A DNA stretch of 64,000 bases from Caldisericia bacterium (GTDB taxonomy: Bacteria; Caldisericota; Caldisericia; UBA6126). The stretch covers positions 2,723 through 66,722 of the forward strand of contig DAOSES010000007.1 in assembly GCA_035363255.1 (NCBI GenBank). Reading direction: 5' to 3'. Shown here piece after piece: positions 55,101 to 63,911 of this stretch. A model generated the notes under the pieces. That model worked only from the letters and a program-made list of their open reading frames with translations, made no database searches and was not told the origin of the DNA. How positions within the stretch are numbered: position 1 is the stretch's first letter; every line of letters begins with the position of its first letter. The position numbers and the translations under genes were made by a program.

Positions 55101-55804
55101 CCTAGTGATCCTATCTTGGAGAAAGTAGCAAGCTTTGTATCGATCTGATGATTGTTGAGAAAATGGTGGAGAACAAAATCATGAGAAGTGATTAGTGCTA
55201 GATCAACCACGGAAGAGCCAATCGCCTGAAGCTCGGGGGAAATCTTCAATACTGGAGGCAAGTAGCCAACCATGGAAACGTAACTTTTCTCGCGCAGTGT
55301 TTGCGCCAATGAACCAGTAGTTTTTACAAGATATCCGAAATCAGCAACGGGAAATAAGGTATATTCGTTTGGGTTTAGTTCGGTAATCCATTCGTTTTTG
55401 ATGGGTCCAACGAACTGAAGCAAAAAGATAGCTTCGTCCTCGGGAGCATAAACTCCTATGGAACCCTTTAATGCTTGGGGGTAGATGATATTCTTTTGAG
55501 TGTCGGGCTTAAACTCGTAGCCACCAAAACGAAGAGAACCAATGCCCGATATATAGGTAAATCGAACTTTGTTCTTTTTTAGAAAAGTTTCTTGTTGATC
55601 GTTGATCTGGGTGAGGAAAAAGGATTCGTAGGTTTCGATGATTTGAAAACCAGAAATCCTGTATTGATCAATAACTTCGGCTCTGTTTTCATAGATAAGG
55701 ATATGGCGAGGATTGTTTGCAAATCCGTGTTGAATGTTGGTCAAACACCATGAAAAAAGAAATACAAATACCATCAATAGAGTAAAAGTTCTATTCTTAA
55801 CCAT
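52145..55804 (-). CDS. secreted S8 serine protease with a P-domain-like module, Ig-like modules and a C-terminal PKD domain
   Basis: Catalytic motifs AVLDSGL, HGTHVAGTIAG and GTSMATPVTSG. P-domain-like VNLVYTDAPGTPGASKALVNDLNLVV. PKD-like GSGNYTFTWNWSDGT...HTYQKAGIYRV. I chose ATG 55804 (MVKNRTFTLLMVFVF), which has AAGGAG upstream. Confidence 0.9.
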   Translation of the reverse strand: MVKNRTFTLLMVFVFLFSWCLTNIQHGFANNPRHILIYENRAEVIDQYRISGFQIIETYESFFLTQINDQQETFLKKNKVRFTYISGIGSLRFGGYEFKPDTQKNIIYPQALKGSIGVYAPEDEAIFLLQFVGPIKNEWITELNPNEYTLFPVADFGYLVKTTGSLAQTLREKSYVSMVGYLPPVLKISPELQAIGSSVVDLALITSHDFVLHHFLNNHQIDTKLATFSKIGSLGFLELKSQHTNRLGAYSLNSKIISITQKAEAKLFNAEAAQVVNIRDNLHNDKQLGLTGEGQIVAVLDSGLSTGDELTLHNAFKDPGKIVAHHSADSNWSDSGAHGNLHGTHVAGTIAGNDPDNQQYRGMAYKANLVIQKMYFSSGPPQNLPPAGPNHSLIEYFNLAYNSGARIHSNSWGNANSNTYASDAVVMDTFLWERKDFSILFASGNYQTGVYSFGYQANAKNNIVVGATENNKAGLNPDKLASFSVRGPAGDGRIKPDIVAPGQQVRSTVDPNAYTNKSGTSMATPVTSGSLALLRQKYGNVSAALLKALLIHGAKSNGLVNQNNQPVSCPNSALGWGRVDVEKSTEPGINYWDVTGTNGLMTGDTYSVNIEVYDSTKPLKVNLVYTDAPGTPGASKALVNDLNLVVRDPLGNVYRGNHFNNNGVSITPAVIADDLNNVEGVFIADPETGMYQVEVVALSVPQGEPATGRQPFALVASGSFEDPGPDPEPVIPSYSLEVVPFNRVVVQGDSTNYQANLKSLNGARGWVELKPLQFGGGFGDPSNVGIFYDFYPSNRVYLSAGMSASIMIRVNTSDDTPLSSYPMTVISELREESRAEIVLLGNYANFNMDLIQEPIFNLSLRPNHATIYQDESTYTQVTVQPRFEFNEQVDFEVMGLPPNTTYTMDPNPTSSSVIHEYRSILTIKTEKTTPDGIYDVSIVGSAELPSGKYIERKIVFRLEVLPRISQHKVEVYRRSFPDSVQAPCKENDSSNVVVKYRIQIKNIGNEKLSRNRIEVRLDPNLELISSEPSGYFTDGILKIDLYDLNEPLNSRPGDCWPSRDCNSIGYPGFSDNDGHYLVIYARLSKTAIQVSSSTLLENRLTFISDPNYSESFPFYTMLHPCPGAENPLYFRAYVENLNPDGTISLNSEVRVRFKIEGGSGNYTFTWNWSDGTVLNDQALDSNEVVLKHTYQKAGIYRVLIQAKDSNGRFKKGEIILRVK

Positions 55805-55985
55805 TCTTAATACTCTCCTTTTCAAAAAGAGATTAGCTACCATAAACCCAACAAATTTTTTACAATCACGACTTAAATATATAAAATATCCATGCCCAAA
55901 GTCAAGCATCCAGCAAAACCATTTTCATTTTTGGCCTATTTTTTGCTTTACTGCTATAAAATGAGGTGAGAAATCTTGCAATACC

Positions 55986-56014
55986 TTGATATTTACTATA
56001 TTAAACAATATAAT
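55986..56014 (+). promoter_or_regulatory. candidate promoter of the SpoIID-domain/PQQ-propeller operon
   Basis: TTGATA at 55986-55991, 17-nt spacer, TATAAT at 56009-56014. Confidence 0.5.
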
Positions 56015-56093
56015 TATGCATGAATAGTAAGGATTTTCAACCTGCCAACCGTAGAATTACCATTTGATGCGGGTGGAAGTTAGGGAGGAAAAG

Positions 56094-59090
56094 ATGAGTA
56101 CGCTGCTTCAAAAAAAACTAGCGTGGCTTTTCTTGTTATTTTTTGTTACATTTTTATCTACACCATCTTTTCCTGCAAGTGCATCCAATCCCAGATCAGA
56201 TGAATTTAAAATCAAAGTTCTCTTGTCCAGCAAAAAATCTCCCATTGAATTGAGCAATAACAGCAAACAATGGCTAATATCCCCATCAAGCTCTCCCTAC
56301 ACAAACCTAACCCTACATTCTGCTCAATTGATATTCGATATACTGGGTAATCCAAATCAAACCATTCTTTTTTCAAGATCAAATTCATCGTGGAGCTGGG
56401 ATCAAGCTTTAAACCAAGTACAAGCATTGAAGTCCTGTCTTAAAGGTAGTGGCTTAAAAGTATTCATAGGCATTTCCGACAATAATCAATTTTTTCTTGA
56501 TATTGGTCCTTTTGAAAAAAATAAGGATGCAGCTTTTATTTGTAGTCTCCTTCAATCCTCCGGACATCTTTTTACAGTACAAGATAGCACCACTGGTCAA
56601 GCTTGTATCTCTATTGGTTTTCAAGAAAACTCATTTCATCTTAAGTCTGATTATTTCGTCTTAAATCAAGACAAAGTCCCAGTTTGGGAGATATCCACTC
56701 CCAGCAACGAAACTATCAATTTTGCCTCTCGTACATATCCTGAAAAATTAATCCTTGCATATTCTCCCTCCCAAAGCTTATTGCTTGTCAACGAATTATC
56801 AATCGAAGAATACCTTAGAAGTGTAGTTCCAGCAGAAATGCCAAACAATTGGCACCTAGAAGCTTTAAAAGCTCAGGCAGTAGCTAGCAGGTCTTTTGCG
56901 CTTTCACGTGTCCTTCAAGCCAGAAAAGTGAAAGCTCTATATGATGTGACTGACGATACCTACACCCAGGTTTATCTTGGATGTAGGTACTTTCCATCAA
57001 GTGACAATGCAGTAAAAGCAAGTAGAAACGAAGTTCTTGTCTTTAATAATCAAGTAATTGAGAGTGTCTTCCACTCTACCAGCGGAGGGCACACTGAAAA
57101 TAATGAACTAGTTTGGTCAGGAGGAGCAAGACCCTATCTCCGAGGGGTTGTTTCTGAAGGAGAGGAGGGATCTCCTCACTTTACATGGTACAAAAGTATC
57201 AAACAAGAGCAATTTCTCATCGAAATAAACAAATACCTTTCTTCTGAAGGACGCCCTGAACGTCTTTCATCCCTTGAGTCCTTAACTATCACTGAAACTG
57301 GGGCTTCACCACGAGTTCGAAAAGTTTCACTCCATCACCAAAAAGGGGCTATCGAACTCAGTGGTTCTGAATTCCAAGCTATTTTTTCATTGAAAAGCAC
57401 CTGGTTTAATATTTTGATATGGAAAGACGATTATTCCTCTGCCTGGTGGAAAGACTATATGAATCCTGAAAACAAAGACTCCACAACTCTTTATATCTTT
57501 GGAAGAGGATGGGGTCATGGGGTTGGAATGTCCCAATATGGAGCTGGAGCTCAAGCCAGAAAAGGTTTAAATTATCATCAAATCCTTCAACATTACTTCC
57601 AGGGAAGCCAAATTGATCAAATGTCTCCTTACCTCCCAGCATCCCAAAACTCTTCGAGCATAAATGGTTCCTATTCCCCCTATTCTTCAAGTTGTCACCT
57701 AAGCTTTTCCCCATCAGTTATCAATAATGAGCTTCATGAGCAATGGAAGCTTGAATTACTTATATCATCAAGTAGTAGTATGCAGGGTTTTTCCCTGGAC
57801 CTGGTATTTGACCCCAACCATTTAGACATTAATGAAAACGACATCAGTGAAGGAACTTTTTTAAATGCAGGCGATAAAACTACCCTGTTTCTCAAGAAAA
57901 AAGAAAACAACAAGATTCATATTGGTTTGGCTCGTGAGGGTAAAGCTGGAGGAGTGGTCGGTGAAGGAGTATTACTAATCATCGAAGGTAGGGCTCTAAA
58001 AGAGGGCAGTAGCGAGATACAACTCCAACAACTCCATGTATTCAACAGCCAACTGGAAGAGATTGAAGCCAGCTCAGACAAGGCTCTGATTGTTGTTAAC
58101 AAAAAAGACCTTATCCCACCCAAAACCCTAATCATTGAATACCCTCCTCGGTTTAACAATCAGGCTTTTGTAACTTTCCGCTGGATAGGAAGTGACAATG
58201 AGAGTAAAATTGAAAACCTTTTCTATTCTTATCGCATCAATGAAGAAGCCTGGTCAATTTTTTCCAAGGATACCTTATACACATTTCATTTAAGCAATGA
58301 CGGAGCCTATGTCTTTTCTGTGAGAGCAAAAGATGAAGCCAATCTTATCGATCCCTCCCCTCCAGTCTATACCTTTTATATTGACACCAAGCCCCCTTTG
58401 CTTGAGTTGGATCCCTTTCCCAATCCCACCACCAAATCAGAAATATTGATCAAAGGAAAAACCGAAGCTGACGTTACTCTCCTGGTTAATGCCATAAAGT
58501 ACCCAGTATCTTCCTTGGGCAATTTTGAATGCCTTATTCCCTTAAAAAATGGAGACAATTTAATTCGCTTCATCGCTATCGATGAAGCATCAAATACCAG
58601 CACCCAAGACCTTCTTATCACTCGTAATCCCTTTCCTTCTGTGGAAATTTCTCTCAGCATAGGTAGTCGCAAGGCTATGGTCAATAAAGAAATCAAAACC
58701 TTGGAAATAGCACCATTTATAGAACAAAACAGGACTTTTGTACCCTTACGCTTTATTGCAGAATCTTTTCAATCCAAAGTTGACTGGTTCCCAACAGAAA
58801 AAAGGATTCTCATTTCTCTGGATCACCCCCTGGTTCAAAAGAACATTACCCTTTGGCTTGGTTCAAAAACAGCCTTGATTGACGGAGAAAAAGTTCCTCT
58901 CGATGTTCCCCCTTTGCTAAAACCTCCTGGAATTACCTTTGTACCTATACGTTTTATTGCTGAGAGTTTTGGCTCAAAAGTTGAGTGGTTTCCTCAAACC
59001 CAAAGCATAAACATAATTTTTCCTGACCCGGAAAAATTCAACAAGCATGATCAAAGTCTGAGAAAGTTGGTGATTACTCATGAAAAATAG
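56094..59090 (+). CDS. secreted SpoIID/LytB-domain protein with a cohesin-like module, Ig-like modules and two CuAO-N-type repeats
   Basis: GGGAGG lies before ATG 56094. SpoIID motifs (VVPAEMPNNWHLEALKAQAVASRSFAL, FHSTSGGHTENN, GRGWGHGVGMSQYGA). Cohesin-like FSLDLVFDPNHLDI. FVPLRFIAESFQSKVDW and FVPIRFIAESFGSKVEW. Confidence 0.85.
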   Translation: MSTLLQKKLAWLFLLFFVTFLSTPSFPASASNPRSDEFKIKVLLSSKKSPIELSNNSKQWLISPSSSPYTNLTLHSAQLIFDILGNPNQTILFSRSNSSWSWDQALNQVQALKSCLKGSGLKVFIGISDNNQFFLDIGPFEKNKDAAFICSLLQSSGHLFTVQDSTTGQACISIGFQENSFHLKSDYFVLNQDKVPVWEISTPSNETINFASRTYPEKLILAYSPSQSLLLVNELSIEEYLRSVVPAEMPNNWHLEALKAQAVASRSFALSRVLQARKVKALYDVTDDTYTQVYLGCRYFPSSDNAVKASRNEVLVFNNQVIESVFHSTSGGHTENNELVWSGGARPYLRGVVSEGEEGSPHFTWYKSIKQEQFLIEINKYLSSEGRPERLSSLESLTITETGASPRVRKVSLHHQKGAIELSGSEFQAIFSLKSTWFNILIWKDDYSSAWWKDYMNPENKDSTTLYIFGRGWGHGVGMSQYGAGAQARKGLNYHQILQHYFQGSQIDQMSPYLPASQNSSSINGSYSPYSSSCHLSFSPSVINNELHEQWKLELLISSSSSMQGFSLDLVFDPNHLDINENDISEGTFLNAGDKTTLFLKKKENNKIHIGLAREGKAGGVVGEGVLLIIEGRALKEGSSEIQLQQLHVFNSQLEEIEASSDKALIVVNKKDLIPPKTLIIEYPPRFNNQAFVTFRWIGSDNESKIENLFYSYRINEEAWSIFSKDTLYTFHLSNDGAYVFSVRAKDEANLIDPSPPVYTFYIDTKPPLLELDPFPNPTTKSEILIKGKTEADVTLLVNAIKYPVSSLGNFECLIPLKNGDNLIRFIAIDEASNTSTQDLLITRNPFPSVEISLSIGSRKAMVNKEIKTLEIAPFIEQNRTFVPLRFIAESFQSKVDWFPTEKRILISLDHPLVQKNITLWLGSKTALIDGEKVPLDVPPLLKPPGITFVPIRFIAESFGSKVEWFPQTQSINIIFPDPEKFNKHDQSLRKLVITHEK
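57690..58108 (+). other. cohesin-like module
   Basis: WKLELLISSSSSMQGFSLDLVFDPNHLDINENDISEGTFL...IHIGLAREGKAGGVVGEGVLLIIEGRALKEGSSEIQL. The FxLxYDPxxL-type cohesin pattern; not HMM-verified. Confidence 0.55.
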
Positions 59091-62000
59091 ATTCATATCT
59101 TTGATACTAAGTGTAATGCTGCTATTGCCTTTTCCTTATCTTCGCGCGTCGGCCGAACAAACTCCAACTCAACATTGGCCAATGTTCCGACAAAATGAAT
59201 CAGGAACTGGGGAAAGCAGTGTCTCGCTGAAAACAGACTCAATGCTGGAACAATGGAGATTCCAAACTGGAAGTTCAATCTCTTGCTCCCCCGTTGTTAG
59301 CCAGGGCACCACATACGTTTTATCCGACAACCGAAAACTATATGCCCTGGAAACAGAAAGTGGCCAAAAAAGATGGGAGAGCGAAGAATTTATCAATTAC
59401 CCCCTCCCTCTGGGTGCCCCAACCGTTAGCAATGACAGAATATACTTTCTTACTGGAGGAGCTTCAGACAGACCTTCTTACCTCTACTGCTACTCCACTG
59501 AAGGGTATCGTTTATGGAATTTTGCTGCCTTTGGCCAGTTTAGCAGTCATTCCCCCTTGGTATATGGCAACAAAATCTTTGCTGGTGCTTCTACTGATAT
59601 CCTTTATTGCATCAATGCAGGAGGCAATCAAATATGGCAAAAAGCACTAAACTCTCCGATTTTAAGCACTCCAGTTTTAGGTGCTAACAGAGTATTTACT
59701 GTAAGCTCCAAAGGTAGGGTATATGCTTTTGACTACGAAAGTCTTGCCGACCTATTTGAAGTTGACCTGCCATTTAATAGTCCGAGTGAATGTAAATCAT
59801 CTCCTGTATTCTATGATGGGGTACTGTATATTGCCTCAAAGTCAATCAACAACAAAGGTGAAATCTTCGCCATCAATGCCTACACTGGTGAAATTATTTG
59901 GCGATCAGGACCTTTAGCAAACTTTGTTTCTTCCTTGACCGCCAACACTAACTTCCTTTTCATTGGATCAGAAGATCACGTTTTGTATGCCATTGGAAGA
60001 GCTGATGGCAAGGTAAAATGGAAATATTCCTCTCGAGGTCGTATTTTATCTACTCCAGCTATAAGTGAAGATAAAGTTTTCTCTGCTTCAGCTGATGGCA
60101 ACATTTATGCTCTAGATTTTAAAGGAGAGCTTCAATGGAAGTATGCCCTTGGAGGAGAAATTATCACCTCCCCCGCTATCAGCAACAACAAACTGACCAT
60201 TACCCAATCCAACAACGTGGTTACCTTTGCAGATAACATCGATTTCTCCATTTCTGCCCTACCCTCAGAACTTAGTTTATACCAGGGCGAAGAAACGAAT
60301 ATAGCTTTACAGATCCAATCTTCAGGTAGTATTTCTCAAAATGTGTTTCTTCGTACAGACAGTGTACCTTTGGGTTTTGAAGCAATCATCAGCCCCAATA
60401 TTCTGAAACTTTCAGAGGGTCGCGGTAATGCTTCCTTAAAGCTGAAAAGCAACAAAGAAACCAAACCGGGAACTCACACTTTTTTCGTTATTGCTGAAAC
60501 TGCAGGTCGGAGCAGGAAGGTCAGAATCACTGTAGAGATACTGAAAATTTCAGAGGGTAGTTTTTACATTCAGATGACCCCACAAACAGCTGAAGTCAAT
60601 GCGGGTAATGCTGTGGTATACCAAGTTGAAGTTGGAAGCAGGGATCAATTCAGAGGTAGTGTGCAACTATCCGTTTTATCCCCCCCCTCAGGATTTCAAT
60701 GCACTTTTCAGGAAGCTCGTTTAGAAGTGCCAGGAATAACCAACTTAGTAGTGTTTGTCGATATCACTGTAGATCCAGACAGATACTCCCTTACCGTGGA
60801 GGGCTTGGGAGGTGGAAGAAGAGAGCTAAGTCGTGCATCCCTGGTTGTTCAGGGCACCAAGAGATTTGATTGGCCTGGTTTTGGAAACTCAAACCAACTC
60901 ACCAATTACACCAAAGAAGCTGTTTCTCATGCTCTTGAAACCAGATATATTTTTCAAGCAGAGGGCGCGATTCGTAGTCAAGCCGCCATCGTCGGTGACA
61001 CCGCCTACTTTACCTCAGAAATTCCTCGAGCCTCAAAACATCATGCCACCAAACTATATGCCATAGACATACGATCTGGTGAATTAAAATGGGACTACTT
61101 CCTTGGTATTTCATCCAAAACACTTCCAGATATCGGAGAAGAAGGTCCTGACGATCCTCCTCCCTGGATTTCCTCTCCAAGAATTCACGGTAACAAGTTA
61201 TTTGTTGGAACTCTTGATGGCTTGTTGTTTTGTATTGACATCACCTCTGGCCGACCCATTTGGTTTAGAAATGTTGGCTCAAGTATCCGTTCCTCTCCCT
61301 CTATCGGAGACGATAAAGTATACTTTGGCACTGAAAACAATCGCGTATTTGCGCTTGACATCGAATCAGGTGAACAACGTTGGATGACTGAGTTAAAAGG
61401 CCCTGTTCATTCCAGTCCAGCCTTTTACAACAACCGAGTATATGTCAGTTCATATGATAATCACTTACACTGTCTATCATCCACCAATGGTTTGATCTTC
61501 TGGTCATTCAATGGGTTTAGATCGAGCTTCAAAGCTTCTCCTTCGGTCGGTGAACAAGGTATCTATATTGGAGGAGCAGGCGAGAATAAATACTTTTATC
61601 GCGTAAATCATAATGGATCTGCCAAATGGCAAATTCTTACTGCCGCAGAAATACCTTCCACCGCTGCTTTAGATGAAAATGACCAAACTATCTACTATTT
61701 AAATGTTGCCCAACAAGCTAACATACAATTATCTGAACTCACCCGTTTAAACACAGAAAGCAAGGAAAAAATCTGGGGATATGCAGCGGGTGGGGGCGTG
61801 ATCTCAAGCTCTCCAGTAGTCGCTGACGACAAGATATTGTTTGGTGGTTTGGACAAAGCTTTTAATATTGTTGGCAAAGATGGGCGATTGATCTTCAAAC
61901 AAGTTCTTGATGCGCCCATACAGGGGAGTCCTTCGGTGGGAAGAGGGGTAGTACTTGTAGGAACAAATAGTGGTAAGCTTTATGCTTTCACTTCGAGCAT

Positions 62001-63849
62001 CATGTTTACGCTCATCCCCGAAAAACAGTTAGTAAACCTATTTCAAGGAGAATCCACTGATATCAATATAAACATCCTAGCAGACTCACCTCTTAAAGCT
62101 CCTGTAAAGTTATCAGCAGACAACCTTCCTACAGGGGCTTCGGTAGAATTTCTTCCTCCAGAAGTCAACCAATTTCCAGGTTCAACTATCATGCGCATCA
62201 AACTAAATCCACATACGCCCATTGGTAAATATCCCATCACAATCCTTGGCACCAGCGGAACTTATCGAAGAACCACAAGCATAGAACTCAGAGTACAGAA
62301 TCTTGCTCCAGGAAAGTTTTCACTAAAAACAGCAAGTACTGAAAAAGAAATCAATGCTGGTTCAGCCATTAAGGCAGAGATCTTTGCAGAGCCTTCAGGT
62401 GGATTCAATGCTCCCGTAAGTTTTTCTGTAGTGAGTGAACTACCCGACCATATTCAGGCACTTTTCAATCCAAAAACTATAAGCCTTCCGGGTTCCACTA
62501 CACTTAGCATTCAAGTTCCTGCTACAGCCAATCCACAAAAATTTGAGATGACTGTTCGAGGTGACGGAGGAGGCAAACAGGAAAACTTAGTCTTCTCAGT
62601 GTCGGTATTTGAAAACATGACAGGTGATTTTTCTATTCGAGTCACACCTATATCAAAAACGATTTATACTGGAGAAAATGCTGAATATGAAGTTATTGCT
62701 GAAGGTTGGGATGGATTTAATGAAGCAATAGAACTCGATGTTGAAGGCTTACCCACTTATCTGCAACCCAAGTTCGAAAGCAAAAAACTCCGAAATGGAG
62801 AAAAAACTGTCTTCTCAGTTCTCACAACTCTTGATACTCCAACAGGAAGTTATGCTTTTTCTCTTACTGGTAAAGCACAAAAAACAAGCAAGAAGATCCC
62901 TTTAACCCTCGAAATTATTCAAGAAAAGGGAGATTTTTCTTTCAACTTTCCTCCCAATTTCCTCATCAGCATGACTGCAGGTACACAAAAAGATTTTTCG
63001 TTCCAACCTACCTTCACCGTTAACTGGAATGCTCCAGTCACATTTAGTATCCTAAACTTGCCTTCCAACCTTCAAGCTCAAATCCTTCCCCCCATATTAG
63101 AACCCAAAGCCAGCTCCAAAGAAGTCAAGATTATGTTTACTGCGAGCGAATCGTCTCCTAACGAGACTTACTCACTTTCATTGCAAGGAAGTGGAGGGGG
63201 AAAAACTCGTACTGTTCACTTTAGAGTCCAGGTTTTATCCATTCAAGCAGGCTACCTTTCTTATCAAATCAATCCCACTTTTCCACAGATCAAAAGGAAT
63301 CACGACACTCCCATCGATATAAATATCATGGGAGCGAAAGAAATCAGTTATCTTGAGTTTCGTTTTTCATGGGATCCAATTTTGGCAAGTGTTTCGAGCA
63401 TTCAGCTCAATGCTGCATTGAGCAATCCTTCAGTAGGTGCTACCCTATCAAGCGAAATCAATCAAGAAAAAGGTTTTGCTCTGATCAAAGTAAGTATTCC
63501 AGTGGAGAATTCCATTAGTGGAGATATGCTGTTGATGCAGATATTTATGTCTGGAATCAACAAAGGTGAAATGCTTCTTAAGATCGACGACACCGTTGCT
63601 CGAAACAAGACACTCGATTTAATGCCTTCCAAAGGAACCTCAGTATCCAGTCTTGTCACTCTCTATTTACCTGGAGATGTAAATGGTGACGGGAAAGTTG
63701 ATATTGAAGATTTAGTTTTGTTTGCTCGTGCTTTTGGCACCAAAAAAGGTGATACAAACTATGATGCTCGTGCAGATTTTAATAATGACGGTTTGGTAGA
63801 TGGATTGGATTTGATACTCCTCGCTTACAATTGGGGAGAAAGCCTTTAA
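59080..63849 (+). CDS. giant secreted protein: two PQQ-like beta-propellers, multiple Ig-like modules, and a C-terminal cohesin-like module plus dockerin
   Basis: Signal peptide. WPMFRQNESGTGES and repeated PQQ-like blades (KLYALETESGQKRW, HVLYAIGRADGKVKW, RVFALDIESGEQRW). 11-nt overlap with the upstream gene. Confidence 0.85.
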   Translation: MKNRFISLILSVMLLLPFPYLRASAEQTPTQHWPMFRQNESGTGESSVSLKTDSMLEQWRFQTGSSISCSPVVSQGTTYVLSDNRKLYALETESGQKRWESEEFINYPLPLGAPTVSNDRIYFLTGGASDRPSYLYCYSTEGYRLWNFAAFGQFSSHSPLVYGNKIFAGASTDILYCINAGGNQIWQKALNSPILSTPVLGANRVFTVSSKGRVYAFDYESLADLFEVDLPFNSPSECKSSPVFYDGVLYIASKSINNKGEIFAINAYTGEIIWRSGPLANFVSSLTANTNFLFIGSEDHVLYAIGRADGKVKWKYSSRGRILSTPAISEDKVFSASADGNIYALDFKGELQWKYALGGEIITSPAISNNKLTITQSNNVVTFADNIDFSISALPSELSLYQGEETNIALQIQSSGSISQNVFLRTDSVPLGFEAIISPNILKLSEGRGNASLKLKSNKETKPGTHTFFVIAETAGRSRKVRITVEILKISEGSFYIQMTPQTAEVNAGNAVVYQVEVGSRDQFRGSVQLSVLSPPSGFQCTFQEARLEVPGITNLVVFVDITVDPDRYSLTVEGLGGGRRELSRASLVVQGTKRFDWPGFGNSNQLTNYTKEAVSHALETRYIFQAEGAIRSQAAIVGDTAYFTSEIPRASKHHATKLYAIDIRSGELKWDYFLGISSKTLPDIGEEGPDDPPPWISSPRIHGNKLFVGTLDGLLFCIDITSGRPIWFRNVGSSIRSSPSIGDDKVYFGTENNRVFALDIESGEQRWMTELKGPVHSSPAFYNNRVYVSSYDNHLHCLSSTNGLIFWSFNGFRSSFKASPSVGEQGIYIGGAGENKYFYRVNHNGSAKWQILTAAEIPSTAALDENDQTIYYLNVAQQANIQLSELTRLNTESKEKIWGYAAGGGVISSSPVVADDKILFGGLDKAFNIVGKDGRLIFKQVLDAPIQGSPSVGRGVVLVGTNSGKLYAFTSSIMFTLIPEKQLVNLFQGESTDININILADSPLKAPVKLSADNLPTGASVEFLPPEVNQFPGSTIMRIKLNPHTPIGKYPITILGTSGTYRRTTSIELRVQNLAPGKFSLKTASTEKEINAGSAIKAEIFAEPSGGFNAPVSFSVVSELPDHIQALFNPKTISLPGSTTLSIQVPATANPQKFEMTVRGDGGGKQENLVFSVSVFENMTGDFSIRVTPISKTIYTGENAEYEVIAEGWDGFNEAIELDVEGLPTYLQPKFESKKLRNGEKTVFSVLTTLDTPTGSYAFSLTGKAQKTSKKIPLTLEIIQEKGDFSFNFPPNFLISMTAGTQKDFSFQPTFTVNWNAPVTFSILNLPSNLQAQILPPILEPKASSKEVKIMFTASESSPNETYSLSLQGSGGGKTRTVHFRVQVLSIQAGYLSYQINPTFPQIKRNHDTPIDINIMGAKEISYLEFRFSWDPILASVSSIQLNAALSNPSVGATLSSEINQEKGFALIKVSIPVENSISGDMLLMQIFMSGINKGEMLLKIDDTVARNKTLDLMPSKGTSVSSLVTLYLPGDVNGDGKVDIEDLVLFARAFGTKKGDTNYDARADFNNDGLVDGLDLILLAYNWGESL
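63247..63663 (+). other. cohesin-like module
   Basis: ISYLEFRFSWDPILASVSSIQL...GFALIKVSIPVENSISGDMLLMQIFMSGINKGEMLLKI. Pattern-level call only. Confidence 0.5.
63664..63846 (+). other. type I dockerin-like module
   Basis: GDVNGDGKVDIEDLVLFARAFG ... ADFNNDGLVDGLDLILLAYNWG, two canonical calcium-binding repeats. Confidence 0.85.
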
Positions 63850-63861
63850 AAAATAAAAAAA

Positions 63862-63896
63862 CCCTCCCGTTCTAAATGGAACGGGAGGGTTTTTTT
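63862..63896. terminator. bidirectional rho-independent terminator
   Basis: CCCTCCCGTTC-loop-GAACGGGAGGG followed by TTTTTTT and preceded by an A-run. Lies between convergent genes. Confidence 0.85.
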
Positions 63897-63911
63897 ATAC
63901 TCTGTTAAGAT

